Source: Candidatus Reddybacter sp. (lineage in GTDB: Bacteria; Pseudomonadota; Gammaproteobacteria; Pseudomonadales; Porticoccaceae). From it: 64,000 nucleotides of DNA. The notes under the pieces were generated by a model. It was not told the origin of the DNA and made no database searches. It worked only from the letters and a program-made list of their open reading frames with translations. Positions 44,096-54,611 of this stretch are shown here, piece after piece. The stretch covers positions 348,041 through 412,040 of the forward strand of contig JBGFSY010000002.1 of assembly GCA_041277045.1 (NCBI GenBank), in the 5' to 3' direction. The translations under genes were made by a program, and so were the position numbers. Position 1 is the first letter of the stretch. Each line of letters opens with the position of its first letter.

Positions 44096-45022
44096 TTAGT
44101 CAGTATTCGGGCGAGCGGCTGTTTGCGCAGGCGTCTTACTGCGTAGCGCTAAAATACTCCCCGCTGCAATCAAGCCCAGGCCGATAAAGGCATGGAGTGT
44201 CCATTGATAATCCTCAAAGGCGGTGGAGATTAGCAGCGCAACGATGGGGAATATTAGAAAGGTATAGCCGCCTTTATCGGGGCCGATAAGCTCGAGTAAA
44301 CGCAGGTAAAAGCCAAAGCCCAGAGCGGTACCAAATACGGCCAGATAAATGAGCGCGGCAGAATATTGCAGGGTGTATTCATAGTTAAAAGTCTTGCCGC
44401 TAAACAGAGCGACGAGAAACAACAGACAGCAGCCGTAGAACATGCCCCAGGCGTTGTATTGCACCACGGGCAGCTGACGTCGCGTACTCATCCATGTTGC
44501 GGTGATGCTGCCCATAGAGGCGAGAAAGGTAGCCAGCAAGGCAAACAACAAGCCGCGAACACTGTTGTTTGCAAAGGACATACCCGTTAGTTCCGCCGAG
44601 AAAACCAGGGCGATGCCTGCAACGCCAACCAGTGCACCCAGCAGGGCGGATAAGCTGGTTTTGTTGCCGAGAATAATGCGTGCTGTAAAAATATTAATAA
44701 AGACAATGGTCGAAAAAACCACTGCCACCAGACCACTGGTAAGCATGCCGGTAGCCTGATAAACCAGATAATAATTACCAGAAAACAGGAAAAACCCGAG
44801 CAATAAAAAACTCAAATGATCGCGTAGCGGGAAACTCAGGGAAAGGTTTTTACCGCGACACCAGGCAAACATCACCAGTGCAGCAATGGCGTTGCGATAA
44901 AAGGCTGAAACACTGGGGTCGACCACGCCGAGGTGGAGTTTGACCGCTATCCAGGTGGAGCCCCAAATTAATACTGTGGCGCTAAATAATAAAAATACCT
45001 GCAAGTTTTTCCTGCTATTCAT
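44096..45022 (-). CDS. DMT-superfamily (EamA) transporter
   Basis: Ten predicted TM helices in two EamA-like halves. Confidence 0.75.
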   Translation of the reverse strand: MNSRKNLQVFLLFSATVLIWGSTWIAVKLHLGVVDPSVSAFYRNAIAALVMFAWCRGKNLSLSFPLRDHLSFLLLGFFLFSGNYYLVYQATGMLTSGLVAVVFSTIVFINIFTARIILGNKTSLSALLGALVGVAGIALVFSAELTGMSFANNSVRGLLFALLATFLASMGSITATWMSTRRQLPVVQYNAWGMFYGCCLLFLVALFSGKTFNYEYTLQYSAALIYLAVFGTALGFGFYLRLLELIGPDKGGYTFLIFPIVALLISTAFEDYQWTLHAFIGLGLIAAGSILALRSKTPAQTAARPNTD

Positions 45023-45051
45023 TATTTTTGTTGCGAAATGGGTGAATGCTA

Positions 45052-46197
45052 TCAGAGTAGATTGTTGAGTATGTTCTGATAGATATTACTGAGTTTGTCG
45101 AGATCACTGGCGACAATCTGCTCGTCGACTTTATGAATGGTGTCGTTCAGTGTGCCGAGCTCAATAACTTGAGTGCCGAGCTTGGCGATAAAGCGACCAT
45201 CGGAGGTGCCGCCGCTGGTTGATAGCTCGGTGTCGATACCGGTTTCGGTTTTAATGCTATCAACGACCGCGGTGACGAGGTTGCCGGGTTCGGTAATAAA
45301 GGGCTCGCCGCTCAAGTTCCACTCAATGTCAAAACGTAACTGATGACGCTGAAGTATGGCCTCAACCCTTTCCTGTAGCTGTGGTGCGGTGACTTCCGTT
45401 GAAAAGCGAAAGTTAAAAACAACTGTCACGTCACCGGGAATCACATTGGTAGCACCGGTGCCGCCATTAATATTGGATACCTGAAAACTGGTGGCCGGGA
45501 AAAAGTCATTGCCCGTGTCCCAGTGCTCGGCCATTAATTCGGCCAGTGCAGGGGCGGCGCGGTGAATGGGGTTGTCAGCCATGTGAGGGTAGGCGATATG
45601 ACCTTGCGTGCCCTTAATAATAAGCGTGGCATTGAGGGAGCCGCGGCGGCCATTTTTCACCATATCGCCCAGTTGTTGATGGCTCGATGGCTCGCCGATA
45701 ACACACCAGTCGGGAATAATATTCTGCTCTTGCAGCCAGTCGACAACTTTAACGGTGCCGTTAATGGCAGGGCCTTCCTCGTCACTGGTGATCAAAAAGG
45801 CAATACGTCCCTTGTGATTGGGGTGCTCTTTAACAAAGCCTTCACAGGCGGTGACCATCGCCGCCAGGGCGCCCTTCATATCGGCAGCACCACGCCCGTA
45901 CAGAATATCATCGGCAATGAGAGGCTCGAAAGGTGGCTGCTGCCAGTCTTCAAGCTTGCCCGTTGGCACCACGTCGGTGTGCCCGGCAAAGCAAAGGATG
46001 GGGCCGGACTCACCCTTCAGCGCCCAGAAATTTTCGACGTCAGCAAAGGGCAAGCGCTGGATGTCAAAGCCGATCGCTTGTAGGCGTTCAATCATCACTT
46101 CCTGGCAACCACCATCGAGAGGCGAGACAGAGGGCCTGCCAATAAGCTCGCAGGCCAAGTGTAAAGTGGCGGATAGTGTCTCGCTGTTTTGGCTCAT
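45052..46197 (-). CDS. dapE: succinyl-diaminopimelate desuccinylase
   Basis: M20 peptidase motifs [23 protein letters not shown]. Length and context match DapE. Confidence 0.9.
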   Translation of the reverse strand: MSQNSETLSATLHLACELIGRPSVSPLDGGCQEVMIERLQAIGFDIQRLPFADVENFWALKGESGPILCFAGHTDVVPTGKLEDWQQPPFEPLIADDILYGRGAADMKGALAAMVTACEGFVKEHPNHKGRIAFLITSDEEGPAINGTVKVVDWLQEQNIIPDWCVIGEPSSHQQLGDMVKNGRRGSLNATLIIKGTQGHIAYPHMADNPIHRAAPALAELMAEHWDTGNDFFPATSFQVSNINGGTGATNVIPGDVTVVFNFRFSTEVTAPQLQERVEAILQRHQLRFDIEWNLSGEPFITEPGNLVTAVVDSIKTETGIDTELSTSGGTSDGRFIAKLGTQVIELGTLNDTIHKVDEQIVASDLDKLSNIYQNILNNLL

Positions 46198-46326
46198 GAT
46201 TCAGGTTTCGTCGTTTCAGGGTGATATTTTGAAAGGCTAGCGTGTTGTCTTTATTTAAGGAAGCCGACCCGCACCGTGGATCGGCTTACTCACTGCTTAA
46301 GACGTTTTACTTTTTAATAGGTGCAC

Positions 46327-47361
46327 TCAATTATGAGCGTGCAGAGCCTCATTAAGCTCAACTGCAGTTTGGTTGGTTAAGCACTCAATGGCACCGCTAA
46401 CGGAGTTGCGACGGAATAATAAATCGGATTTGCCCGCCAATTCTCGTGCCTTGGTTTCACCGGCAACCTGTTTGCTGTCGTCGAGCATGATTACCTTGGT
46501 ACCAGCGGTAATATACAGTCCGGCTTCAACAATGCAGCGATCGCCCAGAGGGATGCCGATACCCGCATTGGCGCCGAGCAGACATTCTTTGCCGACGGAA
46601 ATAATAATATTGCCACCGCCAGACAAGGTGCCCATGGTTGAGCTGCTGCCACCGAGGTCGGAACCGGCACCGACAAAAACACCGGCGGAGATACGGCCTT
46701 CAATCATATTCGGACCCTCGGCACCGGCATTAAAGTTGACGAAGCCCTCATGCATGATGGTGGTGCCCTCACCAATGTAGGCACCGAGTCGCACGCGGCG
46801 GGCGTCGGCAATGCGGACACCAGTGGGGACGACGTAATCTGTCATTTTGGGGAATTTATCGACGCTGTCGATGCTGAGGCTTTGACCCTTGATACGCGCC
46901 TGTACCTGTCGTGCCGGTAATTCGGCGAGATCAATTGCGCCTTCGTTGGTCCACGCGACATTGGGCAAGGAGCCAAAGATACCGCTCAGGTTAATGCCGT
47001 GGGGCCTGACCAGGCGGTGGGAAATTAGCTGTAATTTCAAATAGGCTTCGGGCACCGAGCCGGGCTCGTCATCACTGGCGAGAATGGTTGCCACGCAGGG
47101 GCGAGAGCTGTTGAGCAAGGCGCGTGCGGCATTTGCCTGGGCGCTTTGCTGCTGTTTATCCAGTGCAGCGGCGAGGCTTTGGAGTTTGCTGTCATCGAGG
47201 TTAATGACGGCATTGCCTGAGCTGTAGCCCAGTGCTTCGCTCAGCGCAGTGGCGATAGTGTCGTCCGGGTTTAACAGGGGGGCGGAGTAAAATACTTCGA
47301 GCCATTCATTTTTTTGATTTTGCGTGCCGACACCGATGCCGATGCTATAGAGCTTTGTCAT
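46327..47361 (-). CDS. dapD: 2,3,4,5-tetrahydropyridine-2,6-dicarboxylate N-succinyltransferase (long, Pseudomonas-type)
   Basis: 344 aa with C-terminal hexapeptide repeats. The N-terminus SIGIGVGTQNQKNEWLEVFY is as in long-form DapD. Confidence 0.9.
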   Translation of the reverse strand: MTKLYSIGIGVGTQNQKNEWLEVFYSAPLLNPDDTIATALSEALGYSSGNAVINLDDSKLQSLAAALDKQQQSAQANAARALLNSSRPCVATILASDDEPGSVPEAYLKLQLISHRLVRPHGINLSGIFGSLPNVAWTNEGAIDLAELPARQVQARIKGQSLSIDSVDKFPKMTDYVVPTGVRIADARRVRLGAYIGEGTTIMHEGFVNFNAGAEGPNMIEGRISAGVFVGAGSDLGGSSSTMGTLSGGGNIIISVGKECLLGANAGIGIPLGDRCIVEAGLYITAGTKVIMLDDSKQVAGETKARELAGKSDLLFRRNSVSGAIECLTNQTAVELNEALHAHN

Positions 47362-47395
47362 TTGTTATGCCTCGTTCTTGATCTGATTGTCTGAT

Positions 47396-47749
47396 TTAGT
47401 TACTTGCTGCAAAAATAGTGTTGTAGGTGTCGGCCTTAAAACCGACATACACCGCGCCGTCGTATTCGAGCACGGGGCGTTTAATCAGTGTCGGTAGCTC
47501 GAGCAGCAGGGCGTTAACGCTGTCTACGTCGAGGTTTTCTCGCCGTGGCGCGTCGATGGTTTTCCAGCTGGTACTGCGCTTGTTGAGCACCACTTCCCAG
47601 CCGAGGGCGTCTATCCACCGGGCGACCTGTTCTTGCGTTAAGCCATCGCTGCGCACATCGTGAAAGGTGAAGGCGACATCGTGCTCATCCAGCCAGCGGC
47701 GTGCCTTCCTGACGGTGTCGCAATTTTTAATGCCAAAAAGTACGGTCAC
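47396..47749 (-). CDS. ArsC/Spx-family protein, YffB-like
   Basis: VTVLFGIKNCDTVRKARRWL aligns with the N-terminus of E. coli YffB. I start at GTG 47749 (GGGGA SD) rather than the track's TTG 47779. Confidence 0.8.
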   Translation of the reverse strand: MTVLFGIKNCDTVRKARRWLDEHDVAFTFHDVRSDGLTQEQVARWIDALGWEVVLNKRSTSWKTIDAPRRENLDVDSVNALLLELPTLIKRPVLEYDGAVYVGFKADTYNTIFAASN

Positions 47750-47866
47750 AAGTTTTATCCCCGGTTTTCTTGAAAACAATGGCGTGGTGAAAAACGCTGG
47801 CTAGGATAGCAAAAGCGACTCTCGAGCACATTCTGTTTATCTGCCCCCTAGCGCACTAAAAACCCG

Positions 47867-48520
47867 TTAGGCTTTTTTTGTAACGAAGGCTTTTGTTCGC
47901 TTTGGATAGCAGGTGGTGCAAATCTCACAGACTCGACCATCGCAGCCACGGGCCGAGCAAAATTCACGACCGTAGTAAATGATTTGCAGGTGCAGGGCAT
48001 TCCATTTTTCTTGGGGGAAAAGCCGTTTCAGGTCTTTTTCCGTTTGTACGACATTTTTGCCGTTGCTCAGCCCCCAGCGTTGCGCCAGCCGATGAATGTG
48101 GGTGTCGACGGGAAAGGCGGGGTGGCCAAAGGCCTGGGACATCACCACGCCGGCCGTTTTGTGGCCAACACCGGGCAAGGTTTCCAGGGCTTCCATGTCT
48201 TCGGGCACTTCGCCGCCGTAGTCATTGACCAGTATTTGTGAGAGCCCGGCAATCGCTTTTGATTTACGCGGTGAAAGGCCGCAGGGGCGAATAATGCCGA
48301 GAATGGTTGCCACCGGCACGTGGCACATATCGGCGGCATTATCGGCCAGTGCAAAGAGTGCTGGCGTTACCGTATTGACCCGGGCGTCGGTGCACTGAGC
48401 CGACAGCAGCACGGCAACCAGCAGGGTGTAATTGTTGCTGTGGTCGAGGGGAATAGGCTGCGTCGGGTAGTGCCGCGCCAGGGTGTTGAGAATATAGTCC
48501 ACCCGCTGTTGCTTGAGCAT
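47867..48520 (-). CDS. nth: endonuclease III family DNA glycosylase/lyase
   Basis: HhH-GPD motif LPGVGHKTAGVV, catalytic Asp context VDTHIHR, and a C-terminal Cys cluster. Confidence 0.8.
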   Translation of the reverse strand: MLKQQRVDYILNTLARHYPTQPIPLDHSNNYTLLVAVLLSAQCTDARVNTVTPALFALADNAADMCHVPVATILGIIRPCGLSPRKSKAIAGLSQILVNDYGGEVPEDMEALETLPGVGHKTAGVVMSQAFGHPAFPVDTHIHRLAQRWGLSNGKNVVQTEKDLKRLFPQEKWNALHLQIIYYGREFCSARGCDGRVCEICTTCYPKRTKAFVTKKA

Positions 48521-49732
48521 CTACAGGCTCTCTATGCAGTGTTTAATACGCTGCGCCGCTTCTTTACATTGGGTCAGCGGAGCAACCAGTGCCATGCGAA
48601 TGCGCTGTTCACCGGGGTTGCCGGTGGCGGTATCGCGAGCCAGATAGCGTCCCGGCACCACGGCGACATTCTGTGTGGCCAGCAGCTGGCAGGTAAAAAC
48701 GTCGTCGGCAATGGATGTTTGCGGCCACAGGTAGAAACCCGCATCGGGCTGACTAAATGCCATCACCGGGTTGAGGATTTCGGTGACGGCGCTAAATTTC
48801 TCGCGGTACTGACGTCGGTTGTCGAGCACGTGGGCCTCATCACCCCAGGCCGTCGCGCTGGCCCACTGGTGTTGAATCGGCATGGCGCAACCGTGGTAGG
48901 TGCGGTAGAGCAAAAACTGTTGAATGATATCGGCGTCACCGGCGACAAAACCGGAGCGCAGGCCAGGCAGGTTGGAGCGTTTAGAGAGGCTGTGAAAGAC
49001 CATACAGCGCTTGAAGTCATCTCGACCCAATTCGGCACAGGCCTGTAACAGACCGGGTGGCGGTTGGTCTTCGTTGGCGTAAATTTCTGAATAGCACTCG
49101 TCGCTGGCAATAATAAAATCATGGCGATCGGCCAGGGCAATCAGTTCTTTTAAGGTGTCGAGACTCAGCACAGAGCCCGTGGGATTGCCCGGGGTGCAGA
49201 TGTACACCAGTTGGCAGCGTTGCCAGTCGGTATCACTCAGAGCGGAAAAATCCGGCGCAAAGTTCGTCTCTTTTGTGCAGTTGAGCAACACCGGCTCAGC
49301 GCCGGCGAGCAAGGCGGCACCTTCATAAATTTGGTAGAAGGGATTGGGCATGACCACGCTGGGTTTGTTGCTGGGGTCGATTACCGCTTGGGCAAAGGCG
49401 AACAGGGCCTCGCGGGTGCCGTTGACGGGCAATATGTGTCGCTCGGGGTCGGGCATCACCGGTAGCTTAAAACGACGGGCCAGCCACTGGGCAATGGCCT
49501 GTCGCAGCTCGGGGATACCTTTGGTGCCCGGGTAGACGCTAAGGCCACTGTTTTGTTCGATACCGTTAATGTGGGCAATCAATGTGTCGATGACTAATTG
49601 CGGTGCGGCATGTTTGGGCTCGCCAACAGAGAGGCTAATAGGGGCTAATGTGCCAGGTGCTTCTATACCTGCCAACAGGGTTCTTAGCTTTTCGAAGGGA
49701 TAGGGTTGTAGGTTTTGTAGATTGGGGTTCAT
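48521..49732 (-). CDS. dapC: succinyldiaminopimelate transaminase
   Basis: MNPNLQNLQPYPFEKLRTLLAG N-terminus and PLP-Lys context FHSLSKRSN. Position between glnD and dapD matches Pseudomonas. Confidence 0.8.
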   Translation of the reverse strand: MNPNLQNLQPYPFEKLRTLLAGIEAPGTLAPISLSVGEPKHAAPQLVIDTLIAHINGIEQNSGLSVYPGTKGIPELRQAIAQWLARRFKLPVMPDPERHILPVNGTREALFAFAQAVIDPSNKPSVVMPNPFYQIYEGAALLAGAEPVLLNCTKETNFAPDFSALSDTDWQRCQLVYICTPGNPTGSVLSLDTLKELIALADRHDFIIASDECYSEIYANEDQPPPGLLQACAELGRDDFKRCMVFHSLSKRSNLPGLRSGFVAGDADIIQQFLLYRTYHGCAMPIQHQWASATAWGDEAHVLDNRRQYREKFSAVTEILNPVMAFSQPDAGFYLWPQTSIADDVFTCQLLATQNVAVVPGRYLARDTATGNPGEQRIRMALVAPLTQCKEAAQRIKHCIESL

Positions 49733-49798
49733 GGCGCTTTCTCGTCAGCCCGCTGCCGGCTTTGATGATGGCCGGGGGCAGTCTTTTTTATCGTTTGT

Positions 49799-52522
49799 TT
49801 AGTGGCGTGTCTGCAGTAATTCTACTGTGTTACCAGAGGTTTCATTTTCAAGGTTCCGTGTGTTCAATTCCTGGCAAATGCTCTGTTCTATCTCTCGACA
49901 TAGGTCAAGGTCGGTAAGTGGCTGGTTTTGCTCGTCGGTGAGATAAAAGACATCTTCAACCCGTTCACCCAGTGTGGCAATTTTTGCGCTGTGTAAATGG
50001 AGCTTGAAACGCATGAATATGTGTCCGAGCTGGGCGAGTAGGCCCGGGCGGTCGGGCGTAACCACCTCCAGGTAAGTGGTACGTGAACTATGATTGTGGT
50101 CGATCCTGGCAGTGGTGCCAATGGTCAGTTGTTTCAACTGGCGCGGGGTGCGACGGTTAACTTCAATATTGCTATCGTCATTGGCCAGTAAGGCCTCTTT
50201 AAGTTTGCGCTCTACTTTGGCGGCTTTATCACGACGATTGGCGAAAGGTTGACCCTGATCGTCGAGCACATAAAAAATATCGTAGGTGTGATTTTTATTG
50301 CCGGTGTATAGCCTGGCATCATGGATGTCGAGTCGCAGTGTATCGAGGGTGGCGGCGATAATGGGAAAGGCGTTGGCGAGGTTTTTAGTGTGTATAAAAA
50401 TGCGCGTTACGCTGTTATCTTCCATACCGGCATCTTCGATCAGGATCACCGGTAAACTGGGGTCATCCGCGTCCAGTACGGCTTTCACGCCCCGGGCGAT
50501 AACACTGGCGCTTTCGCGCAGAAAGAGCTCGCTGTCCATGTCACTCCACAGCGCGGTACTTTGCTCCGTAGTAATACCCTCCTTTTCGAGGAGTCTCAGC
50601 GTTTCGTTGCGGGTATTTTCAATCCATTTCTGCTTGTTAATGGGGTTTTCCAGGCCGCGTCTCAGGGCATCGCGGGTCTGGAAATAGAGTTGGCGAATTA
50701 ATGAGCCCTTCCAATTGTTCCACAAGGTGGGGTTGGTGGCATTCATGTCGGCGATGGTTAGTGTTAGTAGGTGATCGAGATGGATTTGATCACCGACGAT
50801 CAGGGCAAATTTGTGGATCACATCGGGGTCGGAGATATCCTCGCGCTGGGAAATACTCGACATTAATAGATGACTTTCGACCAGCCAGCTGACCAGTTCG
50901 GTTTCCTGTTCGGAAAAACCGTGTTGTTGTGCAAAAACGGTCGCGTCGACCGCACCGAGTTTTGAATGGTCGCCGCCGCGTCCTTTGGCAATATCGTGAA
51001 AGAGCCCGGCGATAAGGAGTAGTTCAGGCTTGGGTAAGTTTTTCAGTACATGAGAGGCAACGGGGAACTTCTCTTCCTCTTTTGCGTTACCGAGTCGGCG
51101 GATATTGCGAATCAGCTGAATGGTGTGGGCGTCGACCGGATAAATATGAAACAGGTCGTGTTGCATTAAACCGATGATGCGATCGAATTCGGGCAGGTAT
51201 TTACCCAGAATGCCGTAGCGGACCATGCGCTGAAGTTGCGTTGTGAGCCACCCATTGCAGCGGAACAGGCGCATAAACAGCTTGCGATTAACGGGGTCGT
51301 TGCGAAAGGCCTCGTCGATCTGATGGCGATGTTGGCGGATTTGTCGGATGGTCGTCGAGCGCACGCCTTGAATAGAAGAGTCTTCACCCAGTAAGACGAA
51401 GATTTCTAGCAAGGCCGAAGGGTGGTTAAGGAAAACGTTATCGTCAGACACCTCAATATAATCGTCACGTACCTGAAAGCGCGCATTGATCGTACGGATG
51501 GTGTTTTTCTTCTGACTCTTGTTGATGACCTCATCCATGTAATGGAGAAGCATGTCATTTTGCTCACGCATGGCCAGTACGATGCGGTAGTAGCGTTGCA
51601 TAAACTGCTCGACCGCAAGCCGCTCTTTCGTGTCCTCGTAGCCAAACATCTGTGCCAGTTTGCGTTGGGAGTCGAAGAGTAAGCGCTCTTCGGGGCGCCC
51701 GGCGATCAGGTGTAAGCCATAGCGCACCCGCCACAGAAAGCTCTGGCCTTTACGCAATAATTCGTATTCCTCGGCGGCAAGAAAGTGGGTGTTGGCCAGT
51801 TCGGCTAAGGTGTGCTTGTGAAAATATCGCTTCGCAACCCAGCTAATGGTTTGGATGTCTCTCAAGCCACCGGGAGCTTCTTTAATGTTTGGCTCCAGGT
51901 TGTACTCGGTATTACCGTGCTTTTCGTGTCGCAAGTTTTGTTCATCGTATTTGGCACGAAAAAACTTGTCCGCTGGCCAGATATTTTGGGGCCCGGTTTG
52001 TTCTTCCATTTTCAGGCGTAGGTCGACATTGCCAGCGAGAGTGCGGGACTCCATGAGGTTGGTGGCGACGGTGATGTCAGCCTTCGCCTCTTCAACACAG
52101 TGGGACAGGGCGCGCACGCTGTGGCCAATATTGAGTTGAATATCCCAGAGGAAAGTCAGGAAGCCTTCAATGCTGGCTTTGTAGGGCTTGTGGTTTTTGT
52201 TTTTACTCAACAACAGTAGGTCGATGTCAGAGTGGGGGTGTAGTTCGCCGCGACCATAGCCACCCACCGCGAGCAAGCTAATGTTTTTATCCCAGCTAAA
52301 GCGCTGCCAGGCGTGCAAAAGAATGCGGTCAATAAAAGCAGCACGCTCATGCACCAGAGTTTCGGTGTCTTCGCCTTGTTCAAAGCGGTTGTTGAGAAAG
52401 GTGTCAGCGGCGCGGATGGCATCGCGAAATACGGTTTTGGGGTCACCCGTGCTGAGATTGGCGAGAAAGCGCTTCTCGTCAAAAAATAGGGGGCTGGGCA
52501 AAGCTTCTGGACTTGGGTTCAT
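49799..52522 (-). CDS. glnD: [protein-PII] uridylyltransferase/uridylyl-removing enzyme
   Basis: Nucleotidyltransferase motif GGYGRGELHPHSDIDLL, an HD domain (LFHDIAKG), and two C-terminal ACT domains. About 900 aa. Confidence 0.9.
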   Translation of the reverse strand: MNPSPEALPSPLFFDEKRFLANLSTGDPKTVFRDAIRAADTFLNNRFEQGEDTETLVHERAAFIDRILLHAWQRFSWDKNISLLAVGGYGRGELHPHSDIDLLLLSKNKNHKPYKASIEGFLTFLWDIQLNIGHSVRALSHCVEEAKADITVATNLMESRTLAGNVDLRLKMEEQTGPQNIWPADKFFRAKYDEQNLRHEKHGNTEYNLEPNIKEAPGGLRDIQTISWVAKRYFHKHTLAELANTHFLAAEEYELLRKGQSFLWRVRYGLHLIAGRPEERLLFDSQRKLAQMFGYEDTKERLAVEQFMQRYYRIVLAMREQNDMLLHYMDEVINKSQKKNTIRTINARFQVRDDYIEVSDDNVFLNHPSALLEIFVLLGEDSSIQGVRSTTIRQIRQHRHQIDEAFRNDPVNRKLFMRLFRCNGWLTTQLQRMVRYGILGKYLPEFDRIIGLMQHDLFHIYPVDAHTIQLIRNIRRLGNAKEEEKFPVASHVLKNLPKPELLLIAGLFHDIAKGRGGDHSKLGAVDATVFAQQHGFSEQETELVSWLVESHLLMSSISQREDISDPDVIHKFALIVGDQIHLDHLLTLTIADMNATNPTLWNNWKGSLIRQLYFQTRDALRRGLENPINKQKWIENTRNETLRLLEKEGITTEQSTALWSDMDSELFLRESASVIARGVKAVLDADDPSLPVILIEDAGMEDNSVTRIFIHTKNLANAFPIIAATLDTLRLDIHDARLYTGNKNHTYDIFYVLDDQGQPFANRRDKAAKVERKLKEALLANDDSNIEVNRRTPRQLKQLTIGTTARIDHNHSSRTTYLEVVTPDRPGLLAQLGHIFMRFKLHLHSAKIATLGERVEDVFYLTDEQNQPLTDLDLCREIEQSICQELNTRNLENETSGNTVELLQTRH

Positions 52523-52579
52523 GGCTGCTGCGGATTCTTTTTGAGAACAGATGTAGATATTTCTTTCAGTAAGCGGGAC

Positions 52580-53350
52580 TTAAAAAGATTCATCTGGGCG
52601 GGCGGTGAGCACATCCACCCCGGTCGCAGTGACTAATAAGGTGTGCTCCCACTGTGCTGACAGGCGCCCATCGCGAGTCTCCACCGTCCAGCCATCGGCC
52701 TTCAATTTGGTGTGCTGTTTGCCGGCATTCACCATCGGCTCGATGGTGAATGTCATGCCTTCTTCCAGCACCAAGCCGGTACCGGCTTTGCCGTAGTGCA
52801 GTACCTGGGGTTCTTCGTGGAATTCGCTGCCAATGCCATGGCCGCAGTACTCGCGAACCACAGAGTAGTGATTGCTCTCGGCATGTTTTTGTACCACCTG
52901 GCCAATATCACCGAGGCGCTTGCCGGGCTTGACCTGCTCAATACCCAAGTACAGACATTCCTGCGCAACTTTGATCAAGCGATCGGCGTGGCTGGGGGTT
53001 TTGCCAATGCAAAACATCTTGCTGGTGTCGCCAAAATAACCGTCTTTAATCACCGTAATATCGAGGTTGACGATGTCGCCACTTTTCAGCACTTTATTAG
53101 CGGCGGGGATGCCGTGACAAATCACCTGATTCACCGAGGTACAGATCGACTTTGGGAAGCCCCGGTAATTGAGACAAGCGGGAATGGCTTGTTGAACGTT
53201 GACCATAAAATCGTGGCAGATGGTGTCTAGCTCGAGGGTGCTGATGCCCGCCTGCACATGGGGAGCAATCATTTCGAGAACATCGGCGGCCAGTTTGCCG
53301 GCAATACGCATTTTTTCGATTTCTTCGGGGGTTTTGATGGTAGCGGACAT
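52580..53350 (-). CDS. map: type I methionyl aminopeptidase
   Basis: IKTPEEIEKMRIAG..., metal ligands in DIVNLDITV, GHGIG, FTIEP, and WEHTLLVT. Confidence 0.92.
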   Translation of the reverse strand: MSATIKTPEEIEKMRIAGKLAADVLEMIAPHVQAGISTLELDTICHDFMVNVQQAIPACLNYRGFPKSICTSVNQVICHGIPAANKVLKSGDIVNLDITVIKDGYFGDTSKMFCIGKTPSHADRLIKVAQECLYLGIEQVKPGKRLGDIGQVVQKHAESNHYSVVREYCGHGIGSEFHEEPQVLHYGKAGTGLVLEEGMTFTIEPMVNAGKQHTKLKADGWTVETRDGRLSAQWEHTLLVTATGVDVLTARPDESF

Positions 53351-53495
53351 GAGTTTTGGCAGCGGCAGTGAATGAGCCCAACATTGTACCCAATTTTTAG
53401 GCTCTTATTGGAGATTAGCGGCTTGTGGGGCCTTAATTCTTGAGCATCTCACCAGGGTCTGAATTTACCTTGAGTTCTTCTAATGGCAGGTGGAT

Positions 53496-53506
53496 TGTGG
53501 TATAAA
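53496..53506 (+). promoter_or_regulatory. candidate extended -10 promoter element of rpsB
   Basis: TGTGGTATAAA lies about 140 nt upstream of the rpsB ATG. It matches the extended -10 form conserved for gammaproteobacterial rpsB, as I recall it. Confidence 0.45.
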
Positions 53507-53645
53507 GCGCGCCCCGATGGAATGGCTGTCGGGGTTAACTTTAACGACTCACACTTACCGACACATTGGCTTGGGTGCCTGCTTGCTTCGCAACGCGGGT
53601 TAGACAATGGGGTGGTGGAGGCTTAACCCAACAGGAACCTTGATT

Positions 53646-54488
53646 ATGACTATGGTTAGTATGCGCGATATGCTCCAGGCGGGTGTCCATTTCGGTCACC
53701 AAACTCGTTACTGGAACCCGAAAATGAATCAATACATTTTCGGTGCACGAAATAAAATTCACGTCATCAACTTAGAGCACACTGTGCCAGCATTTAACGA
53801 TGCTCTCGAGCAGGTTCGCCAGCTCAGCGCCAGTGGCAATAAGGTCCTATTTGTCGGCACCAAGCGTGCTGCTCAAAAAGCGATTAAAGAAGAAGCCGAA
53901 CGCGCGGGCATGCCCTACGTTTGCCACCGCTGGTTGGGCGGAATGTTGACCAACTACAAAACCATTCGCGCCTCTATTAAGCGCTACCGTGATCTCGAAG
54001 CACAGAGCACTGACGGTACGTTTGAAAAGCTGACCAAGAAAGAAGGCCTGATGCGTCTGCGTTTGAAAGAAAAGCTCGAGCGCTCCATCGGTGGTATTAA
54101 AGACATGGGCGGCCTGCCCGACGCGCTGTTTGTGATCGACGTTGATCATGAGCGCATCGCCGTACAGGAAGCCAACAAGCTGGGCATCCCCGTTATTGGC
54201 ATCGTCGACACTAACAGCAACCCCGATGGCGTTGATGTGGTCATTCCCGCCAATGACGATGCGATCCGTGCCGTTAAGCTCTACGTAATGGCGATGGCTG
54301 ATGCTGTGCTGGAAGGCAAAGCTGGCGGCGCTGTCGCTTCTGAGAAAGATGAGTTTGTTGAAGTTACAGAAGCGCAAGCTGACGCCGTTGTTGCCGAGGC
54401 CGCTCAAACAGAAGCTGCACCTGCCGCAACCGCTGAAGAACCTGCAGCTCCTGCACCTGCTACACCTGCATCTACTACAGAAGCTTAA
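53646..54488 (+). CDS. rpsB: 30S ribosomal protein S2
   Basis: [27 protein letters not shown] is near-identical to the N-terminus of E. coli S2. The start is moved to ATG 53646. Carries an Ala/Pro/Glu-rich C-terminal tail. Confidence 0.95.
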   Translation: MTMVSMRDMLQAGVHFGHQTRYWNPKMNQYIFGARNKIHVINLEHTVPAFNDALEQVRQLSASGNKVLFVGTKRAAQKAIKEEAERAGMPYVCHRWLGGMLTNYKTIRASIKRYRDLEAQSTDGTFEKLTKKEGLMRLRLKEKLERSIGGIKDMGGLPDALFVIDVDHERIAVQEANKLGIPVIGIVDTNSNPDGVDVVIPANDDAIRAVKLYVMAMADAVLEGKAGGAVASEKDEFVEVTEAQADAVVAEAAQTEAAPAATAEEPAAPAPATPASTTEA

Positions 54489-54535
54489 GCCTTAAAAACC
54501 GGCCTCCCATGGGGGCCGGATTGAGATCGACAAAA

Positions 54536-54555
54536 GGGGGCGTTGCCTCCTTTTT
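54536..54555 (+). terminator. rpsB-tsf intergenic hairpin + T-run (attenuator/terminator)
   Basis: GGGGGC-GTT-GCCTCC followed by TTTTT. Preceded by a second hairpin CCGGCCTCC-CAT-GGGGGCCGG at 54499-54519. Confidence 0.5.
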
Positions 54556-54611
54556 ATTAACTATTCACCGTGGCATAGCGCAATATGCCGAATTTATTGA
54601 GAGGATTTCCC

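Noticed and set aside
48320-49048. 242-aa plus-strand ORF spanning the nth/dapC junction
   Set aside because: It is antisense to two confidently called minus-strand genes. This is a typical shadow ORF of mid/high-GC coding DNA.
52712-53230. 172-aa plus-strand ORF
   Set aside because: It is antisense to map. A similar case is 45562..46083, antisense to dapE. Both are shadow frames.
53847-54407. 186-aa minus-strand ORF
   Set aside because: It is antisense to rpsB, whose product is near-identical to E. coli S2.
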